Below are positions 49,906 to 61,895 of a stretch of DNA of 64,000 bases, one piece after another. Source of the stretch: Camelus ferus (taxonomy: Eukaryota); contig NC_045713.1 in assembly GCF_009834535.1 (NCBI RefSeq), positions 2,480,001 through 2,544,000 on the forward strand, in the 5' to 3' direction. Within the stretch, counting starts at the first letter, position 1. Every line of letters begins with the position of its first letter. The notes under the pieces were generated by a model. The model was not told the DNA's origin. It saw only the letters and a list, made by a program, of their open reading frames with translations, and made no database searches. A program made the position numbers and the translations under genes.

Positions 49906-50110
49906 TTTTTTGTTTGTTTGTTTTAGATTTCACATATACGTGAGGCCATACAGTATTTATCTTTCTCTCTGGCTTATTTCACCTACATAAAGCCATCAAG
50001 CCCCAGCCATGTTGTCACAAAAGGAAAGATTTCATTCTTTTTCATGACTAAATAGTATTCCATTATCTATATCTATATCCCTAATGTTTTTTAAATTCAT
50101 TCATACATTT
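49906..50110 (-). mobile_element. L1 3' fragment
   Basis: TAGATTTCACATATACGTGAG...CATACAGTATTTATCTTTC...AAGATTTCATTCTTTT. Confidence 0.85.
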
Positions 50111-50659
50111 AACTTCATTTTTGAAAATAATATTAGGCATTCATAGATACCTCAATAAATCAACTTGGAGTCAATAAATAGCTTTTTTAAAAACTAAAAC
50201 CCCCAAACCAAACACACAAGCAAAAAAAAGGTAGTCTTCTGTTTTCCCTGTCCTGAGGTTTTGCTTCAGCTGCTCTACCTACCTCTTCCCACCCCCTCCA
50301 CCACCCCTGTTGCCCTCCCCACCTGCACTACCCATCTGGTCTTAAGTCCCAGTGCGAGGGTCAGCCTTTTCTCCCCATAGCGCTCCAAGGTTAATCCAAC
50401 CCACTTTTCCCACCGCAGCTATAGCTCATACAGACCATTTGTCAGTTTTTCTATACCCCCAGCCCAACCTAGGGAAGCCCCAGCCTGTACCTCCTCTTCC
50501 TCCCTCTGCTGTTGGGATCTCAACCTGCCTCAGACCTGAGCCTTCCCAAGCTACCATGTGGATGAAATGAAGTTGAAAGGAAACAGCAGAGTTGTGATAA
50601 AACTTAGTGTTCAATAAATGTGGATGGAATCTCTAGATTCACAGATAGCAAATAAGACA

Positions 50660-50850
50660 GGCTGGGGTGTAACTGAAAAGGTACTGACACTGAATCCTGG
50701 CTCCACTGATTGAGGGATCACGGCCACGTCACCCAACCTTCTAAGCCTTGGGATGTGTATCAGTAAAACAGAGGCAATAATTCCTATCTCACAAGACTCT
50801 TGAGAAGAGTAAAGGAGACAACGTATGTGAAAGAATCAGGCCCTGTGTGG
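50660..50850 (+). mobile_element. MIR SINE
   Basis: GAATCCTGGCTCCACT...CAGTAAAACAGAGGCAATAAT. Confidence 0.7.
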
Positions 50851-51094
50851 CCTGTAGGCCTAAAATAAACAATAATTCATCCTTGGCTTCAACCATTGCA
50901 TTGAGTGGCCATTGACTGGTTCATTGTAATGCTATATATATAATTTTTCACGGGCAGATTGTATGTCCCTGGAGGTCAGAGACCATGACCCACTTCTTCA
51001 AATTCCTAAACTTAATATTGGCACATAGAAAGTTCCCAGTAAATCTATTAATTGATTAATTGAAAGCTGTATACTAAAAACTTTTGTTAGTGCT

Positions 51095-51134
51095 CACACA
51101 CACACACACACACATACACGCACACACACACACA
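51095..51134. repeat. Interrupted (CA)n microsatellite
   Basis: Read directly. Confidence 0.95.
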
Positions 51135-51929
51135 AAATCAGAAGATCCACGTTCCCATTCATCCAGCCACATAAATCATTCACTGTTTCTGTAATCTTTT
51201 CAAAGAGCTAGGATAGTCAATTTCCAATTATCAGTGTCAGTGGGGAACAGGAATAGTCTGAATAATGAAACCCACAAATAATCCATACATTTAATTTTAG
51301 TAGCTGCTAGCAGCCAGTATGAAAACATCCCACTGTGAATGTCACTGTTCTTCCTGCCCCGCCTTCCTCTCTGGCAGGCACAGATACTGCCAAAAGGCAT
51401 CCTCAGCAGGGAGAGGGGAAACCCAGAGTCTAGATGATCTGCAGGCTGGCTAATCAGCCTTGGAATAATGAAGCCTGGCTCTGCTTCTCAGAAGGCATTG
51501 CCGGGTGCAGTGGCAAAGGACAAAGAAGAATGACAGGATCACACACTAAAGTCCAATCCCCACAACACCCTGGCCTGCATGGTCACCAGCCATGGGTGCT
51601 CCCTGGCTACATCCACCCACGTGGGGTCTACTCCTCACTCTGAGACTCTGGAAAAGAGACTCACGGGGCAAATAAAACAAGAATCACACCACACAGTGCC
51701 AGATCCACTTTACTTAATTACCCAAATACTATTGAACACTTACTATGACATGTGCCCATTATATGTGTGTATGTGGGGGGGGGTGTGTGTGTATGCATCT
51801 ATTATGCACATGTACAAACAATTACTGTGCCTCTGGAATACAAGACAGACCCGGGAAGAAACAGGCCTGATTTGAGAAAAGATTTCTCAGAATCTTAAAT
51901 GCAAATGTCTTCAGTGAAATGACTTCAGT

Positions 51930-52525
51930 TTCTTCCCACGAAGAGATGGGGTCTAAGTTTCCTCCTCTTGAATGCCTGTGGACTTCTGCAGAAGTGACCC
52001 TATGTGACCCCCATGGCCAGGGCCACTTCCACCCACGGGTACCAGAGTTGGCTCATACCAACTGTGCCAGCTCTCTTCCCAACTTTGTGTTCAGTGACTT
52101 CAGATGGGTCATGGTGGGGGTATTTGCATCATGGAAATCAGCAAACATAACAAACCAGGGCTTTTTCACCCAGGAAGCCAGTTGTTAAACATTTCCCAGC
52201 ACATTGCTTCACCTTGTTCTCTAGTGATGCTCACTCCTGGAATACAGTCATCATGCTGTGGGGACACCGGAGCAGCCCAAGGAGAGGCCCACATGGCAGG
52301 AAGCCAAGGCCCCTGGCCCAGCCCTCACTGAGCTCCCAGCTGAAGCAGCACCAACTCTCCAGCCATATGAGAGCTCTCTAAGAGTGGATCCTCCAGCCCC
52401 CGCCACGTCACCCCAGCTGACACCACACAGAGCAGAGACAAGACTTTCCTACTGAACTGTGTCTAACTGCAGACAAGCTCAAGAGCACCTGAGGAGCTTT
52501 GGAGTGACTTGTGCAGCTGCAACAG
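51930..52525 (+). mobile_element. MLT1F/G-like LTR split by MER63
   Basis: CAGAAGTGACCCTATGTGAC...GGAGAGGCCCACATGG...GAGTGGATCCTCCAGCCC. Confidence 0.75.
52033..52206. mobile_element. MER63-like hAT-Blackjack MITE
   Basis: CTCTTCCCAACTTTGTGTTCAGTGAC...GCCAGTTGTTAAACATTTCCCAGCAC. Confidence 0.75.
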
Positions 52526-53084
52526 TGCCAGAACCCTGTTCCTGGCAGCCTGGAGTAGCTTGGCTCTGCCCCAGATGGGCCCTTTTAGCTATGGTCACCA
52601 ATGTCACTCTTCTTTGCTGGTTCTCACTGTTTCACATCCCACATTAATTCAGGCAGGTGTGGCCCTTTCTTTGTATCAGGGCTGACATCCTCCCCTTAGA
52701 GAATTCCAGAATCCCCACCTCTAGCTGCTCACCATTCAGCTCATGGTAGCTTGAGCTGGAGCTGGTCTGCATCTGTTTTCCTGAATCTCTTGCTCTGGAT
52801 ATTCTGAATTTGAAAGTGGATGCTGTCTACAAAGCTGGAAATCAGGGAGTTTGGCTCTGTACAGACTGCTGTCATCTGGAATGTCTTGTCTCAGGTGTTG
52901 CCTGGCGTCTGACATTTTGGACAGAACTGGAAAACATCCCTGTTTGGTGCAACCTGAAAAGTCTCCTTCACTGTCAAAATTACTGGCTCCACCTCACTTC
53001 CCATAGCTCACTCTCAGGCATATATCCTTGTTGGGGAAGGACAGAGCTTCCTAGCTTGCCATCTCACTCCTGCTCATGTTGAGG

Positions 53085-53720
53085 TTATACCAGGTGTTGA
53101 GAGGCACACAGTGAGTAAGGCTCTATCCTTGCCTGCAAGGGCTGCCATCCACTGGGTGTGTGCACTGAGGGAACTGGGGAAGACTCAATTTGGGTTTTAA
53201 AGTTTGAATACGAGTTTTCTTGGCAGAAGGAGGGAAGGAAGGAAATAAAGAAGGAAGGAAGGAAGGCGAGAGGGAGGGAAGGAAAGAAAATTAATTCCTG
53301 GAAGAAAGGAAAATACAGATGGAGGCACGTTTGGCAAAGAGTGAGAATTTGGATGTATTTGGAGCAAAAACTGCACAGGTAGGAGAGCTCAGGAGACAGC
53401 ACGGAGTCAGACAAAGTATGAACTTCGATCCAAGGGCAATGCGGAGTTATTGCAAGTAAGACCAAAACAACATGACCTGATTTGCATTTTCTAAAAATAA
53501 CTTATCAAAGGCCGAGTGGGAAAGGGCTCAAAGGGGGACTTAATTGCCAATCAAAAGAGGCCAATCTGAAGGCTATTTCCAAGCAAGAGGTGATGAGGGC
53601 TAAAAATGACATGATGATGATTGGAACAGAGAGAAAAATACTTGTAATACTTGTGGAACAGAAAACACAACATTTGGTGAGTGCTTGCATCTGGGGGATA
53701 AGGAGAGGTGTGGAGGGACT
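53085..53720 (-). mobile_element. L2 LINE with an internal GGAA-rich tract
   Basis: CATGACCTGATTTGCATTTTCTAAAAA...GAAGGCTATTTCC...GCAAGAGGTGATGAGGG. Confidence 0.75.
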
Positions 53721-53739
53721 GGAGTGTATGAAGCAGGAG

Positions 53740-53970
53740 CCTAATAACAGCAGTAGTGGCAGCGGCAAACGCTTACACGGCACTTCCTGTGTGCTGGGCA
53801 CTATGTCAAGGGACTCTACTATGCTGTCATTTAATCCTCACATCGGTCTTAGGAAGTATGATACTGTTATTGTTATTATTATCTCACTTTCACAGATGAG
53901 GAGATTGAGGCACAGTGAGACTCAGTCATTTACCTAAAGTCACAGAGCTGGGATATCAAACCCAGCTTTT
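53740..53970 (-). mobile_element. MIR SINE
   Basis: TCATTTAATCCTCAC...TTTCACAGATGAGGAGATTGAGGCACAG. Confidence 0.9.
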
Positions 53971-56835
53971 AGGGATTACCCAGCACTGCCTCTCCAGGGA
54001 ACAACTCTGGGAAGAGGATGCAGAGGGCGGTCCTCCAAAAACGAAGTGATGGGTCTAGCGCCAGAGATGAGGACAGAGAGAGAGACTTACATGTCCTTTA
54101 GAGGAGGAAACAGGGCTAGGTAACAGATTCGGTCTAAAGGACTCTGCTTCCTTTGACAGCCTGAGCTTCCTAGCTTTCAGGGCCCAGGAATGGCCCCATG
54201 AATGCAAAGCTGAAGCTCTTGATGTGCCTTGAGTCAGTACTGAGTAAGGACAGCCATCAGCAACCTTGGTGCTACTACCCTGGGAGCTCTGCTGAAGTCA
54301 CTCTCCCAGTCCTGGGACCCTGGGTTCCAGCCCCTGTCCTGGGTACCCCCTGCCCCAAGCTCCCCATGGATGTCAACCAGGCCCGGATCCAATCCCACAT
54401 GGAGCCCCAGGGAGCAGCTCCTTCCCAGACAGAGCCCTCTTTCTGCAGAACCAGCTTACAAGTCCCATCCTTGGCTCTGATCACACGCCCTGCCGCGTGC
54501 TCCAGGGCCTGCCTCCGGCCAGAGCTTTGCTCACAGGCTCTCATGCTGTTCTGCCCACTCAACTCCCACATACTGGCTGCCACCCTGGTACCCTGCTGCT
54601 GGGCGACCCTGACTGATGGGTTCTTGGGAAGCTCACCCTTCTAGAATTAACGAGACTGACGGATGCTCTCAGACATTGTGCTGGAGCTAGGTCAGCTCTC
54701 ACGCGTGCCCGCCCTATCCTAGGTGGCTGCTCTGTGTGCCCAGCCTCCCTCCTGCCCCACAAGGGCTGACCCAGTGCTGGTAAAGGGCATCAGGCCTCCA
54801 GATAAAGCTGTGCAGAACCAGAGCCACAGGAAAGGAGAAAGTGACAGCAGCGTCGGAGCCGGCAGTGAGGTTTCCAGCCTGGGAGGAAGAGTAATAACAC
54901 TGGCAGAAGCAGAGTCTCTGGGAGGGCATGAAGCTGCTTTGCGCCCTATCTTCTGGGTGGGTGAGATCCCCGGCCTCGCCACTCACGTTGTGCAGGCAGC
55001 TGTGCCTGTCACACCATCTGCACCGCAGAATGCCACGGGACTCACGCAGGACGCCCATCTGCTTGGGGGTGGGAACATGAGCCTTCGGATGACTCAAGGG
55101 CTGCCGCACAGCTCGGCTCCTTCCAGCACGCCTTTCCAGTGGGGCCAATTTTCCGCCACACAAAGCCCACGAGCTGCCGATCTGTGGCCATTTGTGAGCC
55201 ATTTGTGCTCACTAATGAGGACCGGTTGTCACTGAAGGCACCCCGATTTCCACTGCTGAACATTATGGCTGCGTGGAACTCCAAGTGAATTCCACAAAGC
55301 CTAAAGACACAGGACACTTCATTTCAAGACATTAGCTTCCAACCATATCAAGAGTTCTTAAGGCACCCAGGACACTGGCAGCAAAGGGCTCGGCTTTGTG
55401 ACCTCCCGTGAACATGTGTTTCGGGTGTTCCTTAATGGTACCAGGGTTTTGACCTTTGCCATTGCTGTTCCACATGAAGAATGAATGCTCTTTCCTATAT
55501 GCCTTCTTCAGAGCCCTGCCTTCCATCCTCATGGGAAAATTGAACAATCCAGTTTATTCTGCACAGCAGCAATTATCAAGCCAAAGTTCATTAACAATGA
55601 GCAAAGCGGTAGTCTGTGTGTGTACAGGAGTGTGGGTAGGTGAATGATAGACCAAGTGATGGATGACAGATAGATAATAAATAGAAAATAGATAGACAGA
55701 CAGACAGACAAAGATCCCCAACATGTGAGCCAGGATGCTGGAAGAGACAGGGGTTCTCCAGGGGCTGCCTAGTTCCTCTTTTGAAAGCTCCCCTCACCCT
55801 CAGCCCTAGAACTGAGAATTTGTCTTGCTTCTGCTAGTTTTCTGAGACAGGGAAAAATGACTGGAATCCTGCCTCTAAATCCAACAGGAGTCCGAACAAA
55901 TGTGCTTTATGTTGATCTAGGAAAGATTCTAGAAGAGATGGTTCCCGAGCACTAAAGAAAGGAAGCAGCAATGATTCATTGAGAGCTCGCTGTGCCTGGC
56001 TAGCCTCACATCCGGTCTCCCCGCTGGGGGCTGGACTCCTTGGTGTCACACACGCAAGGGCTTTGGTGTTGCAGCCTTTCTCCTTCACACATCTGAGTCC
56101 ACTTCCTCCCCACCTGTCACCTCCCTCTGCCAGCGCCCGAGACCAGTGCTGCCCAGAGGAAAGAGCCTCACCTCCTGGGGCTCAGCACTGGGACGCTGTT
56201 ACTAATAATAATCTGTCCCTGACCTCATGCCCAGGTTCAGCTAGTTGACCTCATCCCCTGGGTTTCATTTCAGGGAGAGGGGCCTCAGCTTTGAACGCCA
56301 ATTCTAGCAAGCTGCCTGTACCCTGACTTCCTTGGCCTCCTTTACTTTGCTTTAGCCAGCCTTCTCCTCAAGTTTAGAAGCTCTCTCAACTCTAACTACT
56401 GGGGCTCTGCCAAATGACAACCCCAAAGCCAACCACCTTCCTACCCATCTGGATCCTCCTATCTGGTCCCTCAGTTTGCACCATCACTGTGTTTTCTTCC
56501 TCGTGGTGATCTGAGCATTCTGGGCCACTAACAATCTGCCTAGATCATAGCCATTAAAGAAGGTGCTTCAGCTGCTAGACTCAAACTTCCCTCGGCTCCT
56601 ATATATGTGCCTGATCACCAGATCTGGGTCCTTCTCTACTCTACCAGCCCTTCTGTAAGTGACCAGGCCAGATCTGGCCAAAACCTGAGAGGGGAAATAC
56701 CTCAGTGAAATGTGGTCCACGTGGTGTACTAGCTTCAGCAGATCTCCATAAAGTCTTCCAATGCATAAGAAAGTTTAGTTATTAAAACAAAAAGTAGTTT
56801 GTTTTCATGGAATGAATATTGGAAGAGTATTTACT

Positions 56836-57402
56836 TTTTAAACAGCTTTATAGAGATATAACTCACAAACCATACAATTTACAACTTAAAGTGTACTATT
56901 CAATGGCTTTGAGAATATTCACAGAGTTGTATAAGCATCATCACAAGAATTTCTGAAACATTTTCGTCATCATCAAAAGAAGCTCCATGCCGATTAGCTG
57001 GCACTCCCCGACCTTTCCATCTCCTTCAACCTAGGCAACCATTAATCTACCTTCTGCCTCTGTAGATTTCTCTGTCTGGGACATTTCAGATGAATAGAAT
57101 CATATAGTTGAAGTCTTTTGTGGTTGGCTTCTTTCACTTAATATTTTTGAGGATCATCATGCTGTAGCATGTATCAGTACTTCATTACTTTTCATGGCTG
57201 AGCAATGTTCCGCTGTATGGATATACCGCATTTATTTACCCATTCATCAGCTGATGGACACCTGGGTTGTTTCCTACTCTCTGGATACTATGAATAATCT
57301 GCTATGAACATATATTTTCATTTCTCTTAGGTGTATACCTAGGAGTAGAATTGCTGAGTCATAAGAATGTATGTTTACTCATTCAAGGAACTGCCAGACT
57401 GT
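56836..57402 (-). mobile_element. L1MB-type 3' end
   Basis: CAGCTTTATAGAGATATAACTCAC...CATTCATCAGCTGATGGACA...GGAACTGCCAGACTGT. Confidence 0.9.
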
Positions 57403-57659
57403 GGGAAAATATTTGCTTTAGTAAATCAGAGAAGGCCCAGAGTCTCTGGCATCAGATTTTTGGATGCACCAGGCCTCCACGATCATATGAGGAAAGTAAG
57501 GAAGAAAGAAGTGCTCTAGGTTATCCAAGATCATATTTCTGTATTACCAGGTCCCATGACATCAAGTTAGACTCTTTTTGGATTCACACAAGCACGGACA
57601 ACATATGATACAGCAGAACAGAGTGGCAGGGATTGGACGGAAAGTAGGAATGAGACTCC

Positions 57660-57810
57660 CTTTCAAGATGGTGGAGTAGAAGGAGCTGGAGCTCACCTCC
57701 TCTCGCAGACACACCAAGGCTACGACTGGCTGCAGAACAACTAGAGATAAAAGGCTGGAAACTCCCAGGAAGGATCTTTTGTGGTGAAACCGGTGTGAAG
57801 GTACACTCTA
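57660..57810 (+). mobile_element. Isolated L1 5' terminus, homologous to 18034-18170
   Basis: CAAGATGGTGGAGTAGAAGG..GAGCTCACCTCCTCTC..CACACCAA aligns by eye with the L1 start at 18034. Confidence 0.8.
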
Positions 57811-58049
57811 GTGGCACACCACAGGGATCTGTTTTTGGTTTGTCTTATTTCAAGTTCTTAACATAACCCACCTAAGAACATGGGGTGGGTCTTCATCAGT
57901 TCCTACAGTTTTCCTTTTCAGGTCTGCCCCCACTACCTGCCAAACTCTACTGAAGATAAATTACACCCCCTTTGGACTGTGGTCTCTCTCTAGAACTGGG
58001 CCCACAATCTTGTGTAAAAGCCCTTCTATTCTACACTACAGATTCTTCC

Positions 58050-59760
58050 TCCACTCCCTACCCTCAACCTTCCCCTTTCCTTTTAAGAGATGGCACTGCT
58101 TCGTAGTCCTGGTGAAAAACAGAATTCATCAGGCAAAACGTATTCACGTCCCTATCCACCTCTGCCCCTTCCTCTCCATCTCAACGGATGAGCCCCTGCC
58201 TCCCTCCTATGAGGCTAATCCTACCACGTAATATCTGAATCTCCTTTCCTCCCTCTTCTTCAGAGTCTTCACTTCACCCATCTCATCAGTCTCTCACAAC
58301 CCCTCCTGCCCTACCATCCATTTTCATTGCCCTTAAATAAGTTCAAGTCTCTCTCATCTTTAAAAAATGAATATTATTTTTAAACATTTCTCCACACTAT
58401 TGCTACTACCCCATCTCTCTGCTTTCTTTCAGAGTAAAGGTTACTGAAAGAGATGTGCAGTAACTTCTCCACATCCTCACTTCCCACTTACTCTTCAATC
58501 CACAACACCACTGAATCATTCTGGCAAACTGTTTCATCACCACTGTTCCATCTTTTGCTAAAGCCAGTGAATGTTCTTCAGTCCTCATTTGAATTGACTT
58601 CTGTTCTTAAAACCTGTTCTCACTGCTCCCTAACTTTTCTTCCAGTCTTCTTGATGGAGCTTCCTTCCCCTGACAGTACTCTTCTCTTCCCTCGTTCTGG
58701 AAGTTTGCATCCACTCCCATAGCTTTGAGTTCTGCTGAGATGTGATCACCATGTTCAGATTTGTCTCTGCAATCCTAACTCTCTATCAGCTCTGGATTCA
58801 TATCTCCAACTGCCTGACCAACATCTCCATTTGAATGACAGAAAAAAAGCTCAAACCTAACTTGATAAAAAGCAAACCATTTACTCCCACCTCCCACAAA
58901 AAGAAAATATTGCCTCATCCTCAAGCCTATCCTAACTGAGTGAATAGCGTCAGCATCATCCAAAAAGTGCATGCACTGAATCTAGGCATATCCTAGATCA
59001 CTGTTTAAGTATGTTCTCCCAGGTAAACCTATCAAATATGACACTTTCTTATACCTCCCCTGCTACTTCCCCAGTGAAACTACCATTATCTTCTGCCTGG
59101 ACCACTAACAGTACCCTAATTCATCTTTCTGCCTTCACTTTGCCTCTCTATAGAGTACGTCTTCCTCATGACAGCAATGATGATCTTTCCAAATTGTAAA
59201 TAAGGTCATATGATATCACTAATGAAAATTTCCCTGAGTCTTCCCATTACAACCAGAATAAAGTCTGAACTCTTTAGTAAAGTCTATAAGATCCTACATG
59301 ACCTATGATGTACCTCCCCCACCTCTTTTACTTTCTCCCCTCTCTCCTGCTTCTTGTTCAGGACACTCCAGAAGTTCTGGCTTCTCATTCTCACAAAGGC
59401 CAAGTGATACCTGTCTCTGGAGTTTTATGCCTGTTGTTCCTTAGTCTTCCTGGGATTGTCCCCCACATTGTCACTTGGTCACCTCCTTCTCATTCAGGTC
59501 TCAACCGAAATGCACCTCTTTCCCTTAGCACCCTAGCTAAAGCAACCCCACTTAGTCATTCTCTTCCACATTACCCAATTTTATCTTCTTTGTGCCACCT
59601 GTTAACAACTAAAATTATCTCATTTTCTTATTTGTTGGGTGTTTATTATCTTTCAGCCCCCATCACCACTACAATATAAGCTCCTTGAAGACATCTACCC
59701 CTGTTCTTGGCCCATCAGAGGGACTTGGTTTGCTGGATGGATGGACAGATGCTCAGACCC
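58050..59760 (+). mobile_element. Long L2 relic (ORF2 end to 3' end)
   Basis: CT-rich; CTCTGGATTCATATCTCCAACTGCC...AATAAAGTC...TACAATATAAGCTCCTTGA. Confidence 0.85.
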
Positions 59761-59769
59761 TCGTAAGGC

Positions 59770-60690
59770 TCTATCTCACCCTCTCGTTACTCAGCAAACT
59801 CTTCCTGAACATTTTCATCTACTCCATATTCAACTACTGTCTCTGAGCAGGTGATCCCCAAATCTGTATCTCCAGTTCAGCTTTCCCCAGACCACATGGA
59901 TGGATATATTTTGGGCATCTCTAACCAGATGTCTCACAGTGCATTAACTTCAAATGCTCAAACTGAAACCTATTCCTCTCCTTAATTTCTTATCCAAATG
60001 AAGCTTGCCATCTCGTACTCGGGTGCCAACGCTGGGATTCTGGGCATCAACCTTCACTCCTTCCTCCCAAACATTACCAAGACCTGTTGATTCAATCCCA
60101 GACCTGTATACTTTCCTCCGTCAATGCCACCCCCATCAGTCCCCACCGGGAGCCCTGTGATGGCGCCAGTGTCCTCTCCACTTCTAGATATGCTTAATCC
60201 CCTCCACTCACAGCCTCTAAGTGCTGTTTCTTCAACTCAAAGCTTCTGTTCCCCATTGCCATGAGGATGAAGTCCAAAGCCTTCGGCCTTCCATGTTCTG
60301 ACCTCACTATTCCCCACCATACTCCTCCTATTTGAAGTGCTTGCAGGTTCTTCAATGCACCAGGCCTGCTTTCTCTTGCCTCTGAGCCTTTACCCTCTGC
60401 CTGAAATACCATGTATCCTATATATTCTGCTCTCCTTTTTTTTGCAGGATTTAGTGAGGGTGCCACCCCTGCAAAGGAGTCTTCCCCTATGCTCCATGCC
60501 ATCATCCAGGTCTAGATTAGAGACTTCTACCTGTTATCATAAAACCCTGAACTTCTTTTATTACACCCAATGCACTAGATTATATTTGCCTGTCTGTGAG
60601 TTCTCTGAAGGCAGAGAGAGTCTTAAACATCTCTAAATTCTCAACACCGAGAACAGAGCTGACACAGAAAAGGCATTCAAATATGTGTAG
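59770..60690 (+). mobile_element. Second L2 relic
   Basis: CTCAAACTGAAAC...AAGTCCAAAGCCTT...TGTGAGTTCTCTGAAGGCAG. Confidence 0.75.
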
Positions 60691-60714
60691 ATTGATGGGT
60701 GGAAACTTGTGGGA

Positions 60715-60862
60715 NNNNNNNNNNNNNNNNNNNNNNNNNNNNNNNNNNNNNNNNNNNNNNNNNNNNNNNNNNNNNNNNNNNNNNNNNNNNNNNNNNNNNN
60801 NNNNNNNNNNNNNNNNNNNNNNNNNNNNNNNNNNNNNNNNNNNNNNNNNNNNNNNNNNNNNN
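60715..60862. other. N block (148 nt)
   Basis: Run of n read directly. Confidence 0.98.
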
Positions 60863-60879
60863 GAACGGTGTGCAGCTGC

Positions 60880-61150
60880 AGTTTATATGAAAAGCCTGGG
60901 GAGTAGAGTTGTCAGGAAGCTCAGCGTGGGTCAACAGTGTGATCTGACTGCCAAAAAATTAACACAACCTTAGCTTGCACTAGAAGTGTAGCTTCTAGAA
61001 TGAGAGAGGAGATGTGAGATATGCACATGCCAGCCAGGCTATACTGTGGTTCTGGGTTCATTCTGAGCTTCACACTTGAGGGGTCAGACTCCAGCAGGCT
61101 CTAAGGAAGAAGGCCAGAGTGCAGAGGGGACTTCAGGTGAAGTCAGATGA
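60880..61150 (+). mobile_element. L3/CR1 LINE RT-region relic
   Basis: Translates as KSLGSRVVRKLSVGQQCDLTAKK, like the CR1 motif KDLGVxVDxKLNMSQQCDxAAKK. Confidence 0.8.
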
Positions 61151-61299
61151 GAAACAGGTGCAGGATCAGGGCCTGCTTCACCTTCAGAATGTGTGTAGGT
61201 ACCTGCTAGGTGTCCTTGAACATCTAAAGATGTGTGCCTTAAAGAATTACTGTCTAACCAATAGTGCTGTCCACAGTCAGGTAAGGGGGCTTCTGTCAA

Positions 61300-61895
61300 T
61301 GGATGCATTTCAAAATGCAACAGAAGCGTCTTTTCAAAGTACAGATCTGATTATGCCACACACACACTCGCAACCCCTGTGTCCCGCACATATCTCCCCT
61401 ACTGTTCAGCCCCTACCCAACCGCTCCGTTAAGCCCTCCTAAGACTTTTCCAGCATCCTCAGCATTCAAAAGCACAACTCTCCATGCAGCCTGTCAGGCT
61501 CTGCTCGTGCTGGCCTCACGCTCCTCTCCCTTCCTCACTCCCTCTGCCCTTAGGAACCTCTCTCAACAGACTCTCCTGCCTCGACCCTTTTGCCAAGGCA
61601 GTTCCATTTGCCTGGAAATTGCTTACCCCCCTTCTTGTACCTGGATCTTGCATTGTATCCTTTAGATCGTGGTAGGCCCGGACTCCACGCCCTCAGAGAA
61701 TAGACCATTGACCTTATTCCAGGCTCTCCTAGCCCCACATGATTCCTGCTTCCATTATTTACTGTCTCCCCTACTAGACTGAAAGCACCAGGTGGACTGG
61801 GACTAAATCTGGGTTTACTCACCATCTCATTGAGTTGTCAACACCAAGCACAGACAGAGTCTAGCACACAAGAGCTTCATCAAATATGTGCTGAA
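61300..61895 (+). mobile_element. L2 fragments
   Basis: TCTTTTCAAAGTACAGATCTGATTATG...CCCTACTAGACTGAAAGC...ATCAAATATGTGCTGAA. Confidence 0.7.

Noticed and set aside
53482-53937. 151-aa ORF
   Set aside because: Lies across L2 and MIR relics.
54714-55235. 170-aa and 162-aa overlapping ORFs
   Set aside because: The plus-strand ORF starts at GTG; no recognisable domain in either; expected by chance in GC-rich DNA.
57800-57815. CTCF-like ACACTCTAGTGGC
   Set aside because: Mismatch in the core and located at the end of an L1 fragment; too weak without a PWM score.
59305-59679. 124-aa Leu/Ser-rich ORF
   Set aside because: Inside a CT-rich L2 relic.
622-60862. Nine N blocks of 137-223 nt and the ORFs that run through them
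   Set aside because: Most blocks fall inside recognisable old repeats, so they look like masking or gap artefacts. The X-filled ORFs carry no information.
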